NCBI GenBank assembly: GCA_020721225.1 | Contig: DYNE01000002.1 | Span: 7,728 to 71,727, forward strand | Direction of reading: 5' to 3' | Origin: Pelodictyon luteolum | Lineage (GTDB): Bacteria; Bacteroidota; Chlorobiia; Chlorobiales; Chlorobiaceae | DNA length: 64,000 nt | Part shown: piece by piece, positions 1-10,324 of the stretch | Numbering within the stretch: the first letter of the stretch is position 1 | Layout: every line of letters begins with the position of its first letter | Position numbers and translations under genes: made by a program | The notes under the pieces: generated by a model | Told to the model about the DNA's origin: nothing | Databases searched by the model: none | The model's input: only the letters and a program-made list of their open reading frames with translations

Positions 1-679
1 GAATGGCGGGCATGGCGCGAAGCAGCAGATCGAGCCCCTTGTAACGGCGCACATAGCCGAAAAAGAGCAGCACCGGCGCTTCGGCGTCATAGCCGAGAGT
101 GCGGCGGGCTTCGCTTTTTTCAGGCTGGACGCTGCCGGAAAAGGTCGGGAAAGGCGGATAGGGCGGATGATAGAGCTGAACGACCGGTTTGGAGTTGCCG
201 GCGGCGGCGAGCGCACCGGCCACCTCTCGGGAAAGCGTGATGAACCCGTCAGCCGAAGCAAGCAGCAGCTTCTGCAGTAACGGTTCAAACATGAAGGGTT
301 CGTGGGTGGAGAGGTTGTGCAGCAGCACGACGGTTCGGATGCCGGAGAGCTTCCTGACGGCGAAGAGCAGCGGAGCGAGCAGGCCGGTCCAGTAGGCGAC
401 AAGCAGCACCTCGGGGCGTTCGCGTTTCAGATCGCGAAGCAGGGTGAGCCAGGTAAGGGGATTGTATAAAACAATAAGAGCATCCCCTCCATTGGCAGCA
501 CTCCGGTATTCGGGAACTTCGGGGGCGTGGCCGCCTGTGAGGAAGGATGGATAGAGTTTTTTGAAACCCAGACGTCGTACTGCGTGCCCTTTGACCTGCA
601 GCTCGTCCGCAAGGAGGCCGCTGAAGCGGGATATCCCCCCTTTGAGGGGGAAAAAAGGAGAGATGAAGGCTATACGCAA
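1..679 (-). CDS. Glycosyltransferase family 4 (GT-B), partial; 3' end runs off the window
   Basis: Not in ORF track. Manual translation from TTG at 679 gives MRIAFISPFFPLKGGISRFSGLLADEL...PEVLLVAYW...APVLLFFGYVRRYKGLDLLLRAMPAI, typical GT4 motifs. Confidence 0.85.
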   Translation of the reverse strand, partial: MRIAFISPFFPLKGGISRFSGLLADELQVKGHAVRRLGFKKLYPSFLTGGHAPEVPEYRSAANGGDALIVLYNPLTWLTLLRDLKRERPEVLLVAYWTGLLAPLLFAVRKLSGIRTVVLLHNLSTHEPFMFEPLLQKLLLASADGFITLSREVAGALAAAGNSKPVVQLYHPPYPPFPTFSGSVQPEKSEARRTLGYDAEAPVLLFFGYVRRYKGLDLLLRAMPAI

Positions 680-712
680 AATGGAAACGGGATAGAGAAA
701 ACCTTACGGGTC

Positions 713-979
713 CTACTGCTCGCCGAACCCCTGCTCAAAAAACTCGACAAGCTGGCGCGCAGCCTCTTCGGCATCCTCGCCATCGAGCTTCAGGGTAAGC
801 TTCGTGCCTTTCGGCGCGGCAAGGCTCATCACCCCGATAATGGACTTCGCATTGATTTCGACACCCTGCATCTCGATATAAAATTCGGATTTGAATCGCG
901 AAGCCAGCTTGACGACGGCGGCTGCCGGTCTGGTATGCAGCCCGGCCTTGTTTTTTACGACAACTTCCTGAACAATCAC
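713..979 (-). CDS. ptsH: Phosphocarrier protein HPr
   Basis: GLHTRPAA (His15) and NAKSIIGVMSL (Ser46) motifs; 88 aa. Confidence 0.95.
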   Translation of the reverse strand: MIVQEVVVKNKAGLHTRPAAAVVKLASRFKSEFYIEMQGVEINAKSIIGVMSLAAPKGTKLTLKLDGEDAEEAARQLVEFFEQGFGEQ

Positions 980-1026
980 AGTTTCTGCTTCGTTGTAGAT
1001 TAAGGTTCCTGTTTTGATTCCTCTTT

Positions 1027-1500
1027 TCAGAGATTTTTTACCATGGCGATCTCATCACATGCCATCAGTTTCGGACAATGGGTACAGTCGCGCCATATTT
1101 TCTGGGGAAAATACTCTTTTTTAATTTCTGAATACCCAAGCTTGCCGAAAAAATGAGGATTGAGCGTCAGGACAAAAACCTCCTTCACTCCCTCCTCCTT
1201 CAGAATTTCCTCTGCCTTTTCCACCAGAAGACGACCCGTGCCTCTCCTTTTATAGTTCGGGAGCACCGCTACGGAGCGGATTTCCGCAAGCCCCGACGTA
1301 TAAAAAGCTACGGCGCAGCATCCGACGACCTCACCCTGATGTTCCGCGACAAAAAAGTTGCGGATGTTTTCGATCACGTTTTCAGCCGAACGTTCGAGCA
1401 TGATGCCCTCACGCGCATACTCCGCCGTAATGGCCGCAATGGCTCCCGCATCCGAAAGAAGCGCATACCTGACGATCGCTTCTGCCCCCTCTCCGCTCAC
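1027..1500 (-). CDS. GNAT N-acetyltransferase, short ArgA-like (amino-acid N-acetyltransferase)
   Basis: EIRSVAV...RRGTGRLLV acetyl-CoA motif; C-terminal [17 protein letters not shown]. Confidence 0.75.
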   Translation of the reverse strand: MSGEGAEAIVRYALLSDAGAIAAITAEYAREGIMLERSAENVIENIRNFFVAEHQGEVVGCCAVAFYTSGLAEIRSVAVLPNYKRRGTGRLLVEKAEEILKEEGVKEVFVLTLNPHFFGKLGYSEIKKEYFPQKIWRDCTHCPKLMACDEIAMVKNL

Positions 1501-2513
1501 TCCTCCTCTCTCCTGTCAAGATATTTCTTGTCGGAAGCGTGGGATGAAACCCTCACCCACATCTCGTCTTTCAGCTCCTTGAGGCCCGTGCCGGTAACAC
1601 TCGAAATAGCGAGCACCGTTACGCCGTCTTCGAAGGAGGGAATAACCAGATCTTCGGGAGCGATATCCATTTTCGTTACAATGGCAATGCGGGGTTTGTC
1701 AAGCAGGGCCGCATCGAATTTTTCCATTTCACCAAGAAGGGTACGGTATTCGAGCGCGATATCCCCGGAATCGGCAGCGACAAGCACGGCAAGCACTTTG
1801 GTGCGTTCTATATGACGCAGGAACTGCAGTCCCAGACCGCGACCCTCGGCGGCGCCCTCGATTATGCCCGGAATATCGGCAACGACGAACGACTTGTAAT
1901 CTTCATAGCGCACGATACCGAGATTCGGAACCAGCGTGGTGAAGGGATAATCGGCGATTTTCGGCCTTGCGGCGCTCATTACCGATATCAGCGTCGATTT
2001 GCCTGCATTGGGAAAACCGACAAGCCCGACGTCGGCCATAAGTTTCAGCTCGAACTCCAGTTCAAGTGACTCGCCCTTTCCCGGAGGTTCGGAAAACCTC
2101 GGTGCCTGACGGGTAGGCGTTGCAAAATGCTGATTGCCGCGCCCGCCTCTTCCGCCGTTAGCGATCAGCACTTTCTCGTCGTCAATGGTCAGATCGGCGA
2201 TTATCTCTTTTGTGGCCGCATTGCGGACAACCGTACCGCAAGGCACTTCAATCACGATATCGGCACCGTCCTTTCCGGTTTTTCTGGAACCCTGGCCATG
2301 CGTTCCCCGTCCGGCATCATAGTGCCGTTTATATTTGAAATCGAGCAGCGTGGTCAGATGGCTGTTGGTTTTCAGCCAGACATGACCTCCCCTGCCGCCG
2401 TCTCCTCCGTCGGGACCGCCCTTGGGAACATATTTTTCCCTTCGAAAACTTACACATCCTTTCCCACCGTCTCCTGCCTGTACAAAAATAGTCGCACTGT
2501 CAACAAACTTCAC
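1497..2513 (-). CDS. obgE: GTPase Obg/CgtA
   Basis: Gly-rich Obg fold ([12 protein letters not shown]), [18 protein letters not shown]. Confidence 0.97.
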   Translation of the reverse strand: MKFVDSATIFVQAGDGGKGCVSFRREKYVPKGGPDGGDGGRGGHVWLKTNSHLTTLLDFKYKRHYDAGRGTHGQGSRKTGKDGADIVIEVPCGTVVRNAATKEIIADLTIDDEKVLIANGGRGGRGNQHFATPTRQAPRFSEPPGKGESLELEFELKLMADVGLVGFPNAGKSTLISVMSAARPKIADYPFTTLVPNLGIVRYEDYKSFVVADIPGIIEGAAEGRGLGLQFLRHIERTKVLAVLVAADSGDIALEYRTLLGEMEKFDAALLDKPRIAIVTKMDIAPEDLVIPSFEDGVTVLAISSVTGTGLKELKDEMWVRVSSHASDKKYLDRREEE

Positions 2514-2646
2514 TCTGTCACCTGCCTTTTTGAATAATCGTCCTCATTATGTATCGTTAGTAAAGGAGACCCCTGTTAATTTGTTACGTATCGCGTCAAT
2601 TAACAGAAACGCCCTGAACTCTTATCGTAACCCAACCATTGCGTCA

Positions 2647-2913
2647 ATGGCAAAACCTGCTGCAGCAGAGCAGAAACAGAAAGCTCTTTCGATCGAGGAG
2701 CTCATGACCCGACTCGAAGAGATAACCCGCACTATCGAAAATCCCGATACCGGCATCGAAAGCTCGATCACCCTCTATGAAGAGGGACTCAAGATTGCCG
2801 GTCAGTGCAAAGAGCGGCTGCAGGAGGCAAGAAAGAAAATAGAGGTCATCAATCCCGACCTTGCAAAAAACTGGCCCGATAATGCCCGTACTCGAGACCT
2901 CTTCGAATCCTGA
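2647..2913 (+). CDS. xseB: Exodeoxyribonuclease VII small subunit
   Basis: IEELMTRLEEI...IESSITLYEEGLKIAGQCKERLQEARKKI; start reassigned to ATG 2647 within ORF 2422..2913. Confidence 0.9.
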   Translation: MAKPAAAEQKQKALSIEELMTRLEEITRTIENPDTGIESSITLYEEGLKIAGQCKERLQEARKKIEVINPDLAKNWPDNARTRDLFES

Positions 2914-2927
2914 CCGGATGGATGGAT

Positions 2928-4355
2928 TCACCCGTCGAGACGACTTTTCAGCACATCGTTGACGACCTGCGGATTGGCCTTGCCTTTCATGCGAGCCATG
3001 CACTGTCCCACAAAGAAACCGAACAACTTGGTCTTTCCCTCCCGGTAGTCGGCAAGCTGTTTGGGGTTGGCCTCCAGTATCTCGTCAACCGTCCGCTCGA
3101 TTGCCCCGGTATCCGAAACCTGGGCAAGCCCTTCCCGATCGACGATTTCTTCGGCAGAAGCTTCGCCTGTCTGCATCAGTTCGAAAACCTGCTTGGCGAT
3201 GGTGTTGCTGATGGCTCCCTTGCCGATAAGCCCGATCAATCCTCCAAGCCGCTCCGGCGAGATTGCGAACTCCATAATATCAAGGTATTTCTCCTTCAGC
3301 GTACGCATCACCTCACCCATTACCCAGTTTGAAGCCGCCTTTGCGTCGCCGCAAACCTTCAGGGTCCGTTCGAAATAATCGGCTATCTCGCGTTCGACCG
3401 TAAGAACTCCGGCGTCATATGGCGGAATTCCGTACTCACTGACAAATCGCCGCTCGCGGTCTTCGGGAAACTCGGGAAGTTCGAGCCTTATGCGTTCGAG
3501 CATCTCCTGGTCAACCAGCAGCGGCACCAGATCGGGATCGGGGAAGTAGCGGTAGTCGTGTGCGAACTCCTTGCCGCGCATCGAACGGGTCTCGCCCTTG
3601 TCGGCATCCCAGAGCCTGGTTTCCTGCACGATCGTTCCGCCGCCATCGATGATGTCGATATGACGCTGCATCTCGTAATCGATCGCTTTCTCGACATTCT
3701 TGAAGGAGTTCATGTTCTTGATTTCGGTGCGGGTACCGTACTCCTCTGCGCCGAAAAGTCTGACCGAAACGTTTGCGTCGCAGCGCAGGCTGCCCTCTTC
3801 CATGTTGCCGTCGGAGATACCGAGATACTTCACGATCTGACGCATTTTCTGCAGATAAGCCGATGCCTCCCTCGAAGTGCGGATGTCGGGGTAACTGACG
3901 ATTTCAAGAAGCGGCACGCCGCAACGGTTCACGTCGATATAGGTGTCGTCGCCGATATCGTGAATCGACTTGCCGGCGTCCTCCTCGATATGGATCCTGA
4001 TCAGTCTGATGTCTCGGTACCCCTCCCCGACATCGATTCGCAGCATGCCTTCGGTGCATATCGGTTCTTCGAACTGGGATATCTGGTACCCTTTCGGAAG
4101 ATCGGGGTAGAAATAGTTCTTTCTGGCAAGAATGGAGCTCGGGGCGATCGAGCAGCCGGTCGCCAGGCCGAGCTTGACTGCATCCTCGACAACGCGACGG
4201 TTCAGCACCGGCAGGGCTCCCGGAAGAGCCAGACAGACCGGGCACACATTGGTGTTGGCCGGATTGCCGAATCGGGTTGAACAGCCGCAGAACGCCTTGC
4301 TGTTGGTATTGAGCTGACAGTGGACCTCGAGGCCCACAACTAATTCATATTTCAT
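2928..4355 (-). CDS. gatB: Asp-tRNA(Asn)/Glu-tRNA(Gln) amidotransferase subunit B
   Basis: [41 protein letters not shown]. Confidence 0.98.
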   Translation of the reverse strand: MKYELVVGLEVHCQLNTNSKAFCGCSTRFGNPANTNVCPVCLALPGALPVLNRRVVEDAVKLGLATGCSIAPSSILARKNYFYPDLPKGYQISQFEEPICTEGMLRIDVGEGYRDIRLIRIHIEEDAGKSIHDIGDDTYIDVNRCGVPLLEIVSYPDIRTSREASAYLQKMRQIVKYLGISDGNMEEGSLRCDANVSVRLFGAEEYGTRTEIKNMNSFKNVEKAIDYEMQRHIDIIDGGGTIVQETRLWDADKGETRSMRGKEFAHDYRYFPDPDLVPLLVDQEMLERIRLELPEFPEDRERRFVSEYGIPPYDAGVLTVEREIADYFERTLKVCGDAKAASNWVMGEVMRTLKEKYLDIMEFAISPERLGGLIGLIGKGAISNTIAKQVFELMQTGEASAEEIVDREGLAQVSDTGAIERTVDEILEANPKQLADYREGKTKLFGFFVGQCMARMKGKANPQVVNDVLKSRLDG

Positions 4356-4417
4356 TACAACATTAACTCTTTATTGATAAACCCCGATCCCCTTTCCCCC
4401 GTACCCGGTTCGCGCTG

Positions 4418-4951
4418 TCAAAGCGGCTTGTAGCTGAACTTCTGTCCTCCGACGGTGGCTTCCGCCATGACGCCGGCTTTGGGAATAACAAAAATCGCCA
4501 CGCCATTCGAATAATCGCTGTTGGTGGCCATGCCGGTGTTCACCAGCACTGCGGTAGCCTGGGCATTCAGCTCAAAATTACCTTTCTTGAAATTATCGAA
4601 ATCATCCTTGCTCTTGAAAAATACAATCTCGGCAAACGACTGAGCGCCAAGCTGAGGCCCGACATTCACCTGGGTAAGCGACGAATGGCCCACAAGGGTA
4701 TTGAGCTCATACACATACCCGCTCCCGCGAGCCCCCCCGAGCAGAATGACGCCTCCCTTGTAAACATCGTAAAACACGGCATAACCGTAGGCATGCTCAA
4801 AAAAACGGTCGAGACCGGGAGCATTTTTCCTGAAATACTCGACCCCCTGACGGGCGTTATCCTCCTCCCTCGGATCCCACCCCGCAAAGGCACTCTGTAC
4901 AACCATTCCTGCCAGCATGAAGGCAAGCACAACGATCCGCATCATTTTCAT
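4418..4951 (-). CDS. Secreted YSC84/SYLF-like lipid-binding domain protein
   Basis: Signal peptide MKMMRIVVLAFMLAG..AFA; GYAVF, GG..G.G, Q..VGPQLGAQ, GVMAEATVGGQKF patterns. Confidence 0.7.
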   Translation of the reverse strand: MKMMRIVVLAFMLAGMVVQSAFAGWDPREEDNARQGVEYFRKNAPGLDRFFEHAYGYAVFYDVYKGGVILLGGARGSGYVYELNTLVGHSSLTQVNVGPQLGAQSFAEIVFFKSKDDFDNFKKGNFELNAQATAVLVNTGMATNSDYSNGVAIFVIPKAGVMAEATVGGQKFSYKPL

Positions 4952-5182
4952 CGCATCACTCCGTTTTTCGTTCGTTAATAAAATCAAACCATAGAAAACA
5001 TACAATGTCATGCAACCTTGAATGTACGAATTTTTGAAAGAAAAGAGAATGGAGTAAGATTGTTGGCCGCAGGCGGTGGGCAGTGAGCCGGAAGAAAAAA
5101 GTATAGCTCGCTTCGCATTGCTGGAGTATAGCAGTTTCGATGCTTGAGAGGAAAACGGGTTACGGGTGCTTCAGAAACAATC

Positions 5183-5207
5183 GGGGCAGCACTCGGCCGC
5201 CCCTTTT
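5183..5207. terminator. GC-rich stem-loop downstream of clpB
   Basis: ggggcagc-actcg-gccgcccc-tttt, about 35 bp past the clpB stop; the U-tract is weak on the minus strand. Confidence 0.4.
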
Positions 5208-5242
5208 CTGCTATTGAGTTATCCAGCCATCAAGCCCTCTGC

Positions 5243-6568
5243 TTAATTTCCTCCGTTTTCGAGCTCGCGTTTGAGGGCTTCGCGCTCTATTTCGAGGCGG
5301 CGGATTTCGCGGTTGAGGCGGTCGAGTTCTTCAGGGCTGCTGTCGATTTCGAGCCGCAGGCGCGATGAGGCTTCGTCGATCAGGTCGATGGCCTTGTCGG
5401 GCAGAAACCGGTCGGATATGTAACGGTTCGAGAGCTCGGCTGCGGCAACGAGGGCGGCATCCTTGATGCGCACACCGTGATGGATTTCGTATTTCTCCTT
5501 GAGTCCGCGCAGAATGGAAACCGTGTCTTCCACGCTCGGCTGATCGACCAGGACGGTCTGGAACCGCCGTTCAAGAGCGGCATCCTTTTCGATATGCTTG
5601 CGGTATTCGTCGAGCGTCGTAGCCCCGATACAGCGCAGTTCGCCTCGAGCGAGAGCGGGCTTGAGAATGTTGGCGGCGTCCATGGAGCCTTCGGCGGATC
5701 CGGCGCCGACCAGCAGATGGATCTCGTCGATAAAGAGAATGATCTCTCCGTCGGCGGACTGCACCTCCTTGACCACGGCTTTCAGTCTCTCCTCGAACTC
5801 GCCGCGGAACTTCGCTCCGGCGACAAGCTGGGCGATGTCGAGCGCAGCGATCTGCTTGCTCTTCAGGTTTTCGGGAACGTCGCCGGCCACGATACGCTGG
5901 GCGATACCCTCTACAAGCGCGGTTTTACCGACGCCGGGATCGCCGATCAGCACCGGGTTGTTTTTGGTGCGGCGGCTGAGAATCTGCAGCACCCGTCGAA
6001 TTTCGTCGTCTCGCCCGATTACCGGATCGAGCTTTCCTCTTCGAACTTCATCGTTGAGATTGCGGGAATATTTTTTGAGGGAGTTGTAGGTATCCTCAGC
6101 CGTCTGGCTGGTTACCCGCTGGGAACCCCTGATGGTCGCCAGAACTTTGAGAATGGTGTTCCGGCTGATACCGGCATCCTGCAGCAGGCGCGATACCTTG
6201 ACGCCGGCTTCGCTCATGGCGATAAAGAGATGCTCGGAGCTGATGTAGTCGTCCTTAAGGCTTTCCGCCTCCTTGAGTGCCGCATCGAACACCTTTCCGA
6301 GATTCTGTGATACATATTGACCGGATGCCGATGAACCGGTTACCCTCGGCAACCGATCTATTTCACGGTCGAGAACCTCGAGCAGATTATCCACGGGAGC
6401 TTCAAGCTTCTGGGCGATCTGCGCGGTAATGCCGCTTCTGTCTCCGAGCATGGAAAAGAGCAGATGTTCGGGCTCGATCTGCTGATGCTGGCGGCTTCCC
6501 GCAAGCGTACCTGCAGCCTGCAGCGCTTCCTGGGCTTTGACGGTAAATTTATTGGGGTCGAATTGCAT
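5243..6568 (-). CDS. clpB: ClpB-like AAA+ chaperone, C-terminally truncated (N-domain + NBD1 + start of M-domain only)
   Basis: MQFDPNKFT start; [15 protein letters not shown], Walker A GDPGVGKT, Walker [24 protein letters not shown]; ends at [13 protein letters not shown]. Confidence 0.85.
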   Translation of the reverse strand: MQFDPNKFTVKAQEALQAAGTLAGSRQHQQIEPEHLLFSMLGDRSGITAQIAQKLEAPVDNLLEVLDREIDRLPRVTGSSASGQYVSQNLGKVFDAALKEAESLKDDYISSEHLFIAMSEAGVKVSRLLQDAGISRNTILKVLATIRGSQRVTSQTAEDTYNSLKKYSRNLNDEVRRGKLDPVIGRDDEIRRVLQILSRRTKNNPVLIGDPGVGKTALVEGIAQRIVAGDVPENLKSKQIAALDIAQLVAGAKFRGEFEERLKAVVKEVQSADGEIILFIDEIHLLVGAGSAEGSMDAANILKPALARGELRCIGATTLDEYRKHIEKDAALERRFQTVLVDQPSVEDTVSILRGLKEKYEIHHGVRIKDAALVAAAELSNRYISDRFLPDKAIDLIDEASSRLRLEIDSSPEELDRLNREIRRLEIEREALKRELENGGN

Positions 6569-6904
6569 CGTTCGTACTGTTTTTGCTGTTAACAAACTCC
6601 GGATACAGCGCCTCTGCGACACGTCCCGGCCATTTCAATCATCGTTGTACGGCAAACCGTTCTTGTATAACCGTGTAAATGAGAAAAAAGTTAACAGCCG
6701 AAGAGGATGAATCCCTGTAATTTATTACCCTGGCACGAGAGGAACGTATCGGGATGATAACTCCCCGATTTCGACAGGAGGCAGATCCTTCAGCGACATG
6801 ATCACGATCTCTCATACAGGAAGCGAACGAAACGTTCGAAAAAAAAGCCACGGAAAAACATTTTCCCGCGGCTTTACGACTCATTGTTCCCGAAACCTGA
6901 AAAG

Positions 6905-7204
6905 TCAGGCTGCCGGAGCGTTCCCTGAAGGGGGTTTTGGAAGATTTTTCATGAATGCAGCGGCCACGAGCCGCATGATCTCGCCGCCCGTAGCAAGCAA
7001 TTCAGCGCTTTTTTCCTGAATATGGCACTGGGTCGCCACCTGATCCTTGAAATACGCGACACCTTCGGCTTCATAGTTCCTGCCGCTGACGTACTCGTCA
7101 ATCACTTTTTCGGCTTCCGAAAACGGCATATTGAACACCTTGACGCCGAGTTTCGCCCGTTCGATCGGATCAAGGATTTTCTGACCGGTATTCTGCTGCT
7201 CCAT
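6905..7204 (-). CDS. Hypothetical protein, 99 aa
   Basis: Clean ORF filling an otherwise empty gap, globular composition, no family recognised. Confidence 0.7.
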   Translation of the reverse strand: MEQQNTGQKILDPIERAKLGVKVFNMPFSEAEKVIDEYVSGRNYEAEGVAYFKDQVATQCHIQEKSAELLATGGEIMRLVAAAFMKNLPKPPSGNAPAA

Positions 7205-7332
7205 AGCAATGGGATTAACGTGTTAAAAACTGTGCTGTAACGTCTGTAATGTAAGAATCTTTTCAACAAGAACCCAGCCGCAGGCAGGGGCTGGCTGCCG
7301 TCATGAAAACGGCGGCACACTCCCGGGCACCT

Positions 7333-8355
7333 CTATTGCCGCTTTCCCGCCACATGATGCAAAGCCCGTTCCACAAGCAGCAGCAACATTCCGGCGCCAA
7401 GAAAACAGTGGTACAGCGGCTCGCTGCCCAACGGCGCTGAAACCAGACGCGACCGGGAAACAATTCTGTCGATCCGCAAGGCGACCTCGTCATACACCGC
7501 GTCGCCTCCCGCGCCCTCAAAGTAAAATCCTCCGGATGCCGAGGCGAGCTGCCGAAGGGTTTGGGGAGAGAACCGGGTTGTCACCACACGGCCTGCGCTG
7601 TCAAGTTTTTTCAACCCCGGGCGCTGCGGATCCGGAATATCCGCCCCGTTCCGGCTTCCAAAGCCAAGCACAAAGAGCGAAACGCCGTTTCTTCTGAGTT
7701 TTTCTGCTGCGGCCGCTGTCGCCCCCTCGTGCTCTTCACCGTCACTGAGCAGCACGACAATTCGCTCTCCTTCTGCCGTCCCGTCGCTGTCGAGAGGGAC
7801 GGATCCGGTAAACAGCTGCAGAGCAAGCTCGACTGCCGGAAGAAACGAGGTGCCCTGCTCTTCGATAAGCGCAGGAGAGGCCATGCCAAGCAGAGCGGAA
7901 CACGCTTCGTAGTCATACGTAAGCGGGCACTGCACAAGAGGCGACCCGGCAAAAAGCAGCAGGGCCCTGCGGCCCTCCCTGACCCTGCCGCCGATACGGA
8001 GCGCCGCATCCCTCGCAGCCTCAAGGCGATCGGGAAGAACGTCCCGGGCCAGCATGCTGTTTGAAACATCGAGCATGAACACCAGATCGGCCCCTTTGCG
8101 GATGGTCACCCTGTTTCCGCGACAGAGCTGCGGACCGGAGAGAGAAATGAGTAACAGAACGATTCCGGTAAACTGCAGCACGCGACGGACAAGAAACACC
8201 CGCTGAGCCGAACCGCTTATCCCGGTACCTTCCGGACCGGACAGGACAAGGCGCTCTCTCGCCTGCATCTGACGCATGTAACCGTAACCGAAAAGCACGG
8301 CCAGCGGAATCAGCAGAAGGAGATAGCCGAAATATTCAGGCCAGGCGAAACACAT
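7333..8355 (-). CDS. batB: VWA-domain protein, BatB-like
   Basis: N-terminal TM, MIDAS LDVSNSM, LFAG, LLSDGE, C-terminal TM. Confidence 0.8.
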   Translation of the reverse strand: MCFAWPEYFGYLLLLIPLAVLFGYGYMRQMQARERLVLSGPEGTGISGSAQRVFLVRRVLQFTGIVLLLISLSGPQLCRGNRVTIRKGADLVFMLDVSNSMLARDVLPDRLEAARDAALRIGGRVREGRRALLLFAGSPLVQCPLTYDYEACSALLGMASPALIEEQGTSFLPAVELALQLFTGSVPLDSDGTAEGERIVVLLSDGEEHEGATAAAAEKLRRNGVSLFVLGFGSRNGADIPDPQRPGLKKLDSAGRVVTTRFSPQTLRQLASASGGFYFEGAGGDAVYDEVALRIDRIVSRSRLVSAPLGSEPLYHCFLGAGMLLLLVERALHHVAGKRQ

Positions 8356-8396
8356 GCGGAATCATATTTATCTTTGCCATTGTCCTATCTGTTTTA

Positions 8397-9383
8397 TCAC
8401 GGAACCCTCAGCAGCCGTGTGTTGGAGAGAATCGCCTCAAAAAAAAGCAGGAGAAGAGCCGGAACAAGAAGCAACACAAACAGCCCCGATTTATTGCTGG
8501 TAACGGGACTCGACAATTCGCTTTTTTCAAGCCGGTCTATGGACTCAAATGCCTCGGCAAGCGATGCGGAGGTTCCTGCCCGGAAGTACCGCCCCCCCGC
8601 AGTTCGGGCGACACGACGAAGCTCCCCTTCATCGAGAGCTGACGAAGCAGAAGACGCGGAACCGGCCCCTGCCGTATAGATCCTGATGCCCTGTGCGGCA
8701 GCGAAGGAGGCCGCTGTTACGGGATCGATCTCTCCGGCATTGGATACGCCGTCACTGAACAGGATAATGATTTTTTGGTCGGACTGCGAAGCCCGGAGCC
8801 GGTTGACGGCAATGAGAACGGCGGTACCGACAGCCGTACCCTCGTCGCGGATGACGTCGGGCGAAACGTTGTCGATCAACATCCCGGTCACCCGGTGATC
8901 GAGCGTGAGCGGAGAGAGCGTGTATCCTTTTCCCTTGAACACCACAATTCCGATACGGTCGTTCGAGTGCCGGGTGACAAACTCACGGGCAACCGATTTC
9001 ACCGCATCGAGACGGCTGCGTCCACCGGCGTCCTTCAGCTGCATCGACCCGGAAATATCGAGCGCAAGCACCACGTCTATGCCGCGGGAGTGCGCAACCG
9101 TCTGCTTCACCACAAGCTGTGGACGGGTCATGGCCGCCACGCCGAGCACCAGCGCCATCCAGCGCAGCCACTCCGGAAGCCGCCGCAGAAGCAGCGGGGC
9201 CTCGAGTCCCTCGTGCCTCAGCCGCTCGACATCGGGAAACGTCAACGCGGCAACGCGTCCAGTTTTCTCCTGCCGGCGCATCCACCATGCAGCAAGGGCA
9301 AGCAACGGCAGCAGCAGCAGCCACAGCGGCTCATCGAGCTCGATACGGGGTATGTGCGAAAACCACTCCTGCATCGCTCTCAC
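8397..9383 (-). CDS. batA: VWA-domain protein, BatA-like
   Basis: BatA N-terminus (PLWLLLLPLL), LDISGSM MIDAS, GTAVGTA, ILFSDGVSNAGEIDP, C-terminal TM. Confidence 0.85.
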   Translation of the reverse strand: MRAMQEWFSHIPRIELDEPLWLLLLPLLALAAWWMRRQEKTGRVAALTFPDVERLRHEGLEAPLLLRRLPEWLRWMALVLGVAAMTRPQLVVKQTVAHSRGIDVVLALDISGSMQLKDAGGRSRLDAVKSVAREFVTRHSNDRIGIVVFKGKGYTLSPLTLDHRVTGMLIDNVSPDVIRDEGTAVGTAVLIAVNRLRASQSDQKIIILFSDGVSNAGEIDPVTAASFAAAQGIRIYTAGAGSASSASSALDEGELRRVARTAGGRYFRAGTSASLAEAFESIDRLEKSELSSPVTSNKSGLFVLLLVPALLLLFFEAILSNTRLLRVP

Positions 9384-10324
9384 CCTCCTCCGTCCCGCCC
9401 GGAGCCGATGAGATCCTCGGCCTGGCGGATGGATTTGAGTGATTCGTCAACGCTGGGACGGCTGTCGGCGAATTTGACGAGGTCGCTCTGTTTCAGAAGG
9501 GTCATGATTGCGTCGAACGAAGAGACTCCAAGCTTGCGGAGGTCGCGTTCGATCTCCTGCGTGACGGCTTCAAGCGCCCTGATGTGATAGTGCCGTTCGA
9601 GGTACTCGCGCATGATGCCGCTGAGCTGATCGTAGCACTCCACCGGAGCCAGGCCGCCGGAAAGCCGGCTGCCGAGTTTGCGGAGTTTGCGATGGGCAAC
9701 CTGCGCCGGATCGACAGTTTCGGCAAAAAGCCGGACTTTTCGCTTGACGAGAAACAGTGCCAGAAGCACCGCTCCGGCAAGGACGAAGGCCGCAAGCAGG
9801 AACGGCATGAGAAGAAGAAAAGGAAATTCCGGTTTTATGGGCGGTTTGAATGGCCTCAGTTCGTTCATGCCGGAGGGGGTGAGCGTTTTCACGTAAACCG
9901 ATGCCTCAGGACGATGATGCGTCCTGCCGGTACGGTGACCTTCGGAATCGCGAAACATAATGGCGAACTCCGGAAGGTTCTGCCTGCCGGAACCGAATAC
10001 AGCGAGTTCCAGCTCAAAGCGATCTTCCGCGAAACCCGGAGAGGGCTTTGAGGAAGAGCGGTTTCGTCCGACGAGAACAAAGGGGGCGAGCGCCGAAGAG
10101 TCCGGCAGTTCGAGAGCGGCAAGCAGACCTTCGGGATGCCGGACCCTTATCATGCAGATCACCCGTTCGCCGGCATACACGCTGTCCGGAGCTGCCGAAA
10201 CCCTGACAGCGGGCACTCCCTCCCCTGGTTTCGCACAGGCGGGAAACGGAAGCATGAGCAGCATCGCCATGAGCAGCGAGATTGCCCGGATCAGGATCAC
10301 CTGATGTTCAGTACTTTCTTTCAC
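9380..10324 (-). CDS. Bat-operon associated membrane protein (signal peptide, beta-rich domain, TM, helical tail)
   Basis: Lies between DUF58 and batA with overlapping stop/start; LSGIMREYLE...ALEAVTQEI, SDLVKFA motifs typical of this slot. Confidence 0.7.
   Translation of the reverse strand: MKESTEHQVILIRAISLLMAMLLMLPFPACAKPGEGVPAVRVSAAPDSVYAGERVICMIRVRHPEGLLAALELPDSSALAPFVLVGRNRSSSKPSPGFAEDRFELELAVFGSGRQNLPEFAIMFRDSEGHRTGRTHHRPEASVYVKTLTPSGMNELRPFKPPIKPEFPFLLLMPFLLAAFVLAGAVLLALFLVKRKVRLFAETVDPAQVAHRKLRKLGSRLSGGLAPVECYDQLSGIMREYLERHYHIRALEAVTQEIERDLRKLGVSSFDAIMTLLKQSDLVKFADSRPSVDESLKSIRQAEDLIGSGRDGGG

Noticed and set aside
527-1003. 158-aa plus-strand ORF
   Set aside because: It is antisense to ptsH and to the GT4 5' end, which carry clear motifs.
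6700-6780. Possible CIRCE heat-shock element upstream of clpB (TGGCAC...)
   Set aside because: There is no TTAGCACTC-N9-GAGTGCTAA match; only a partial half-site resemblance.
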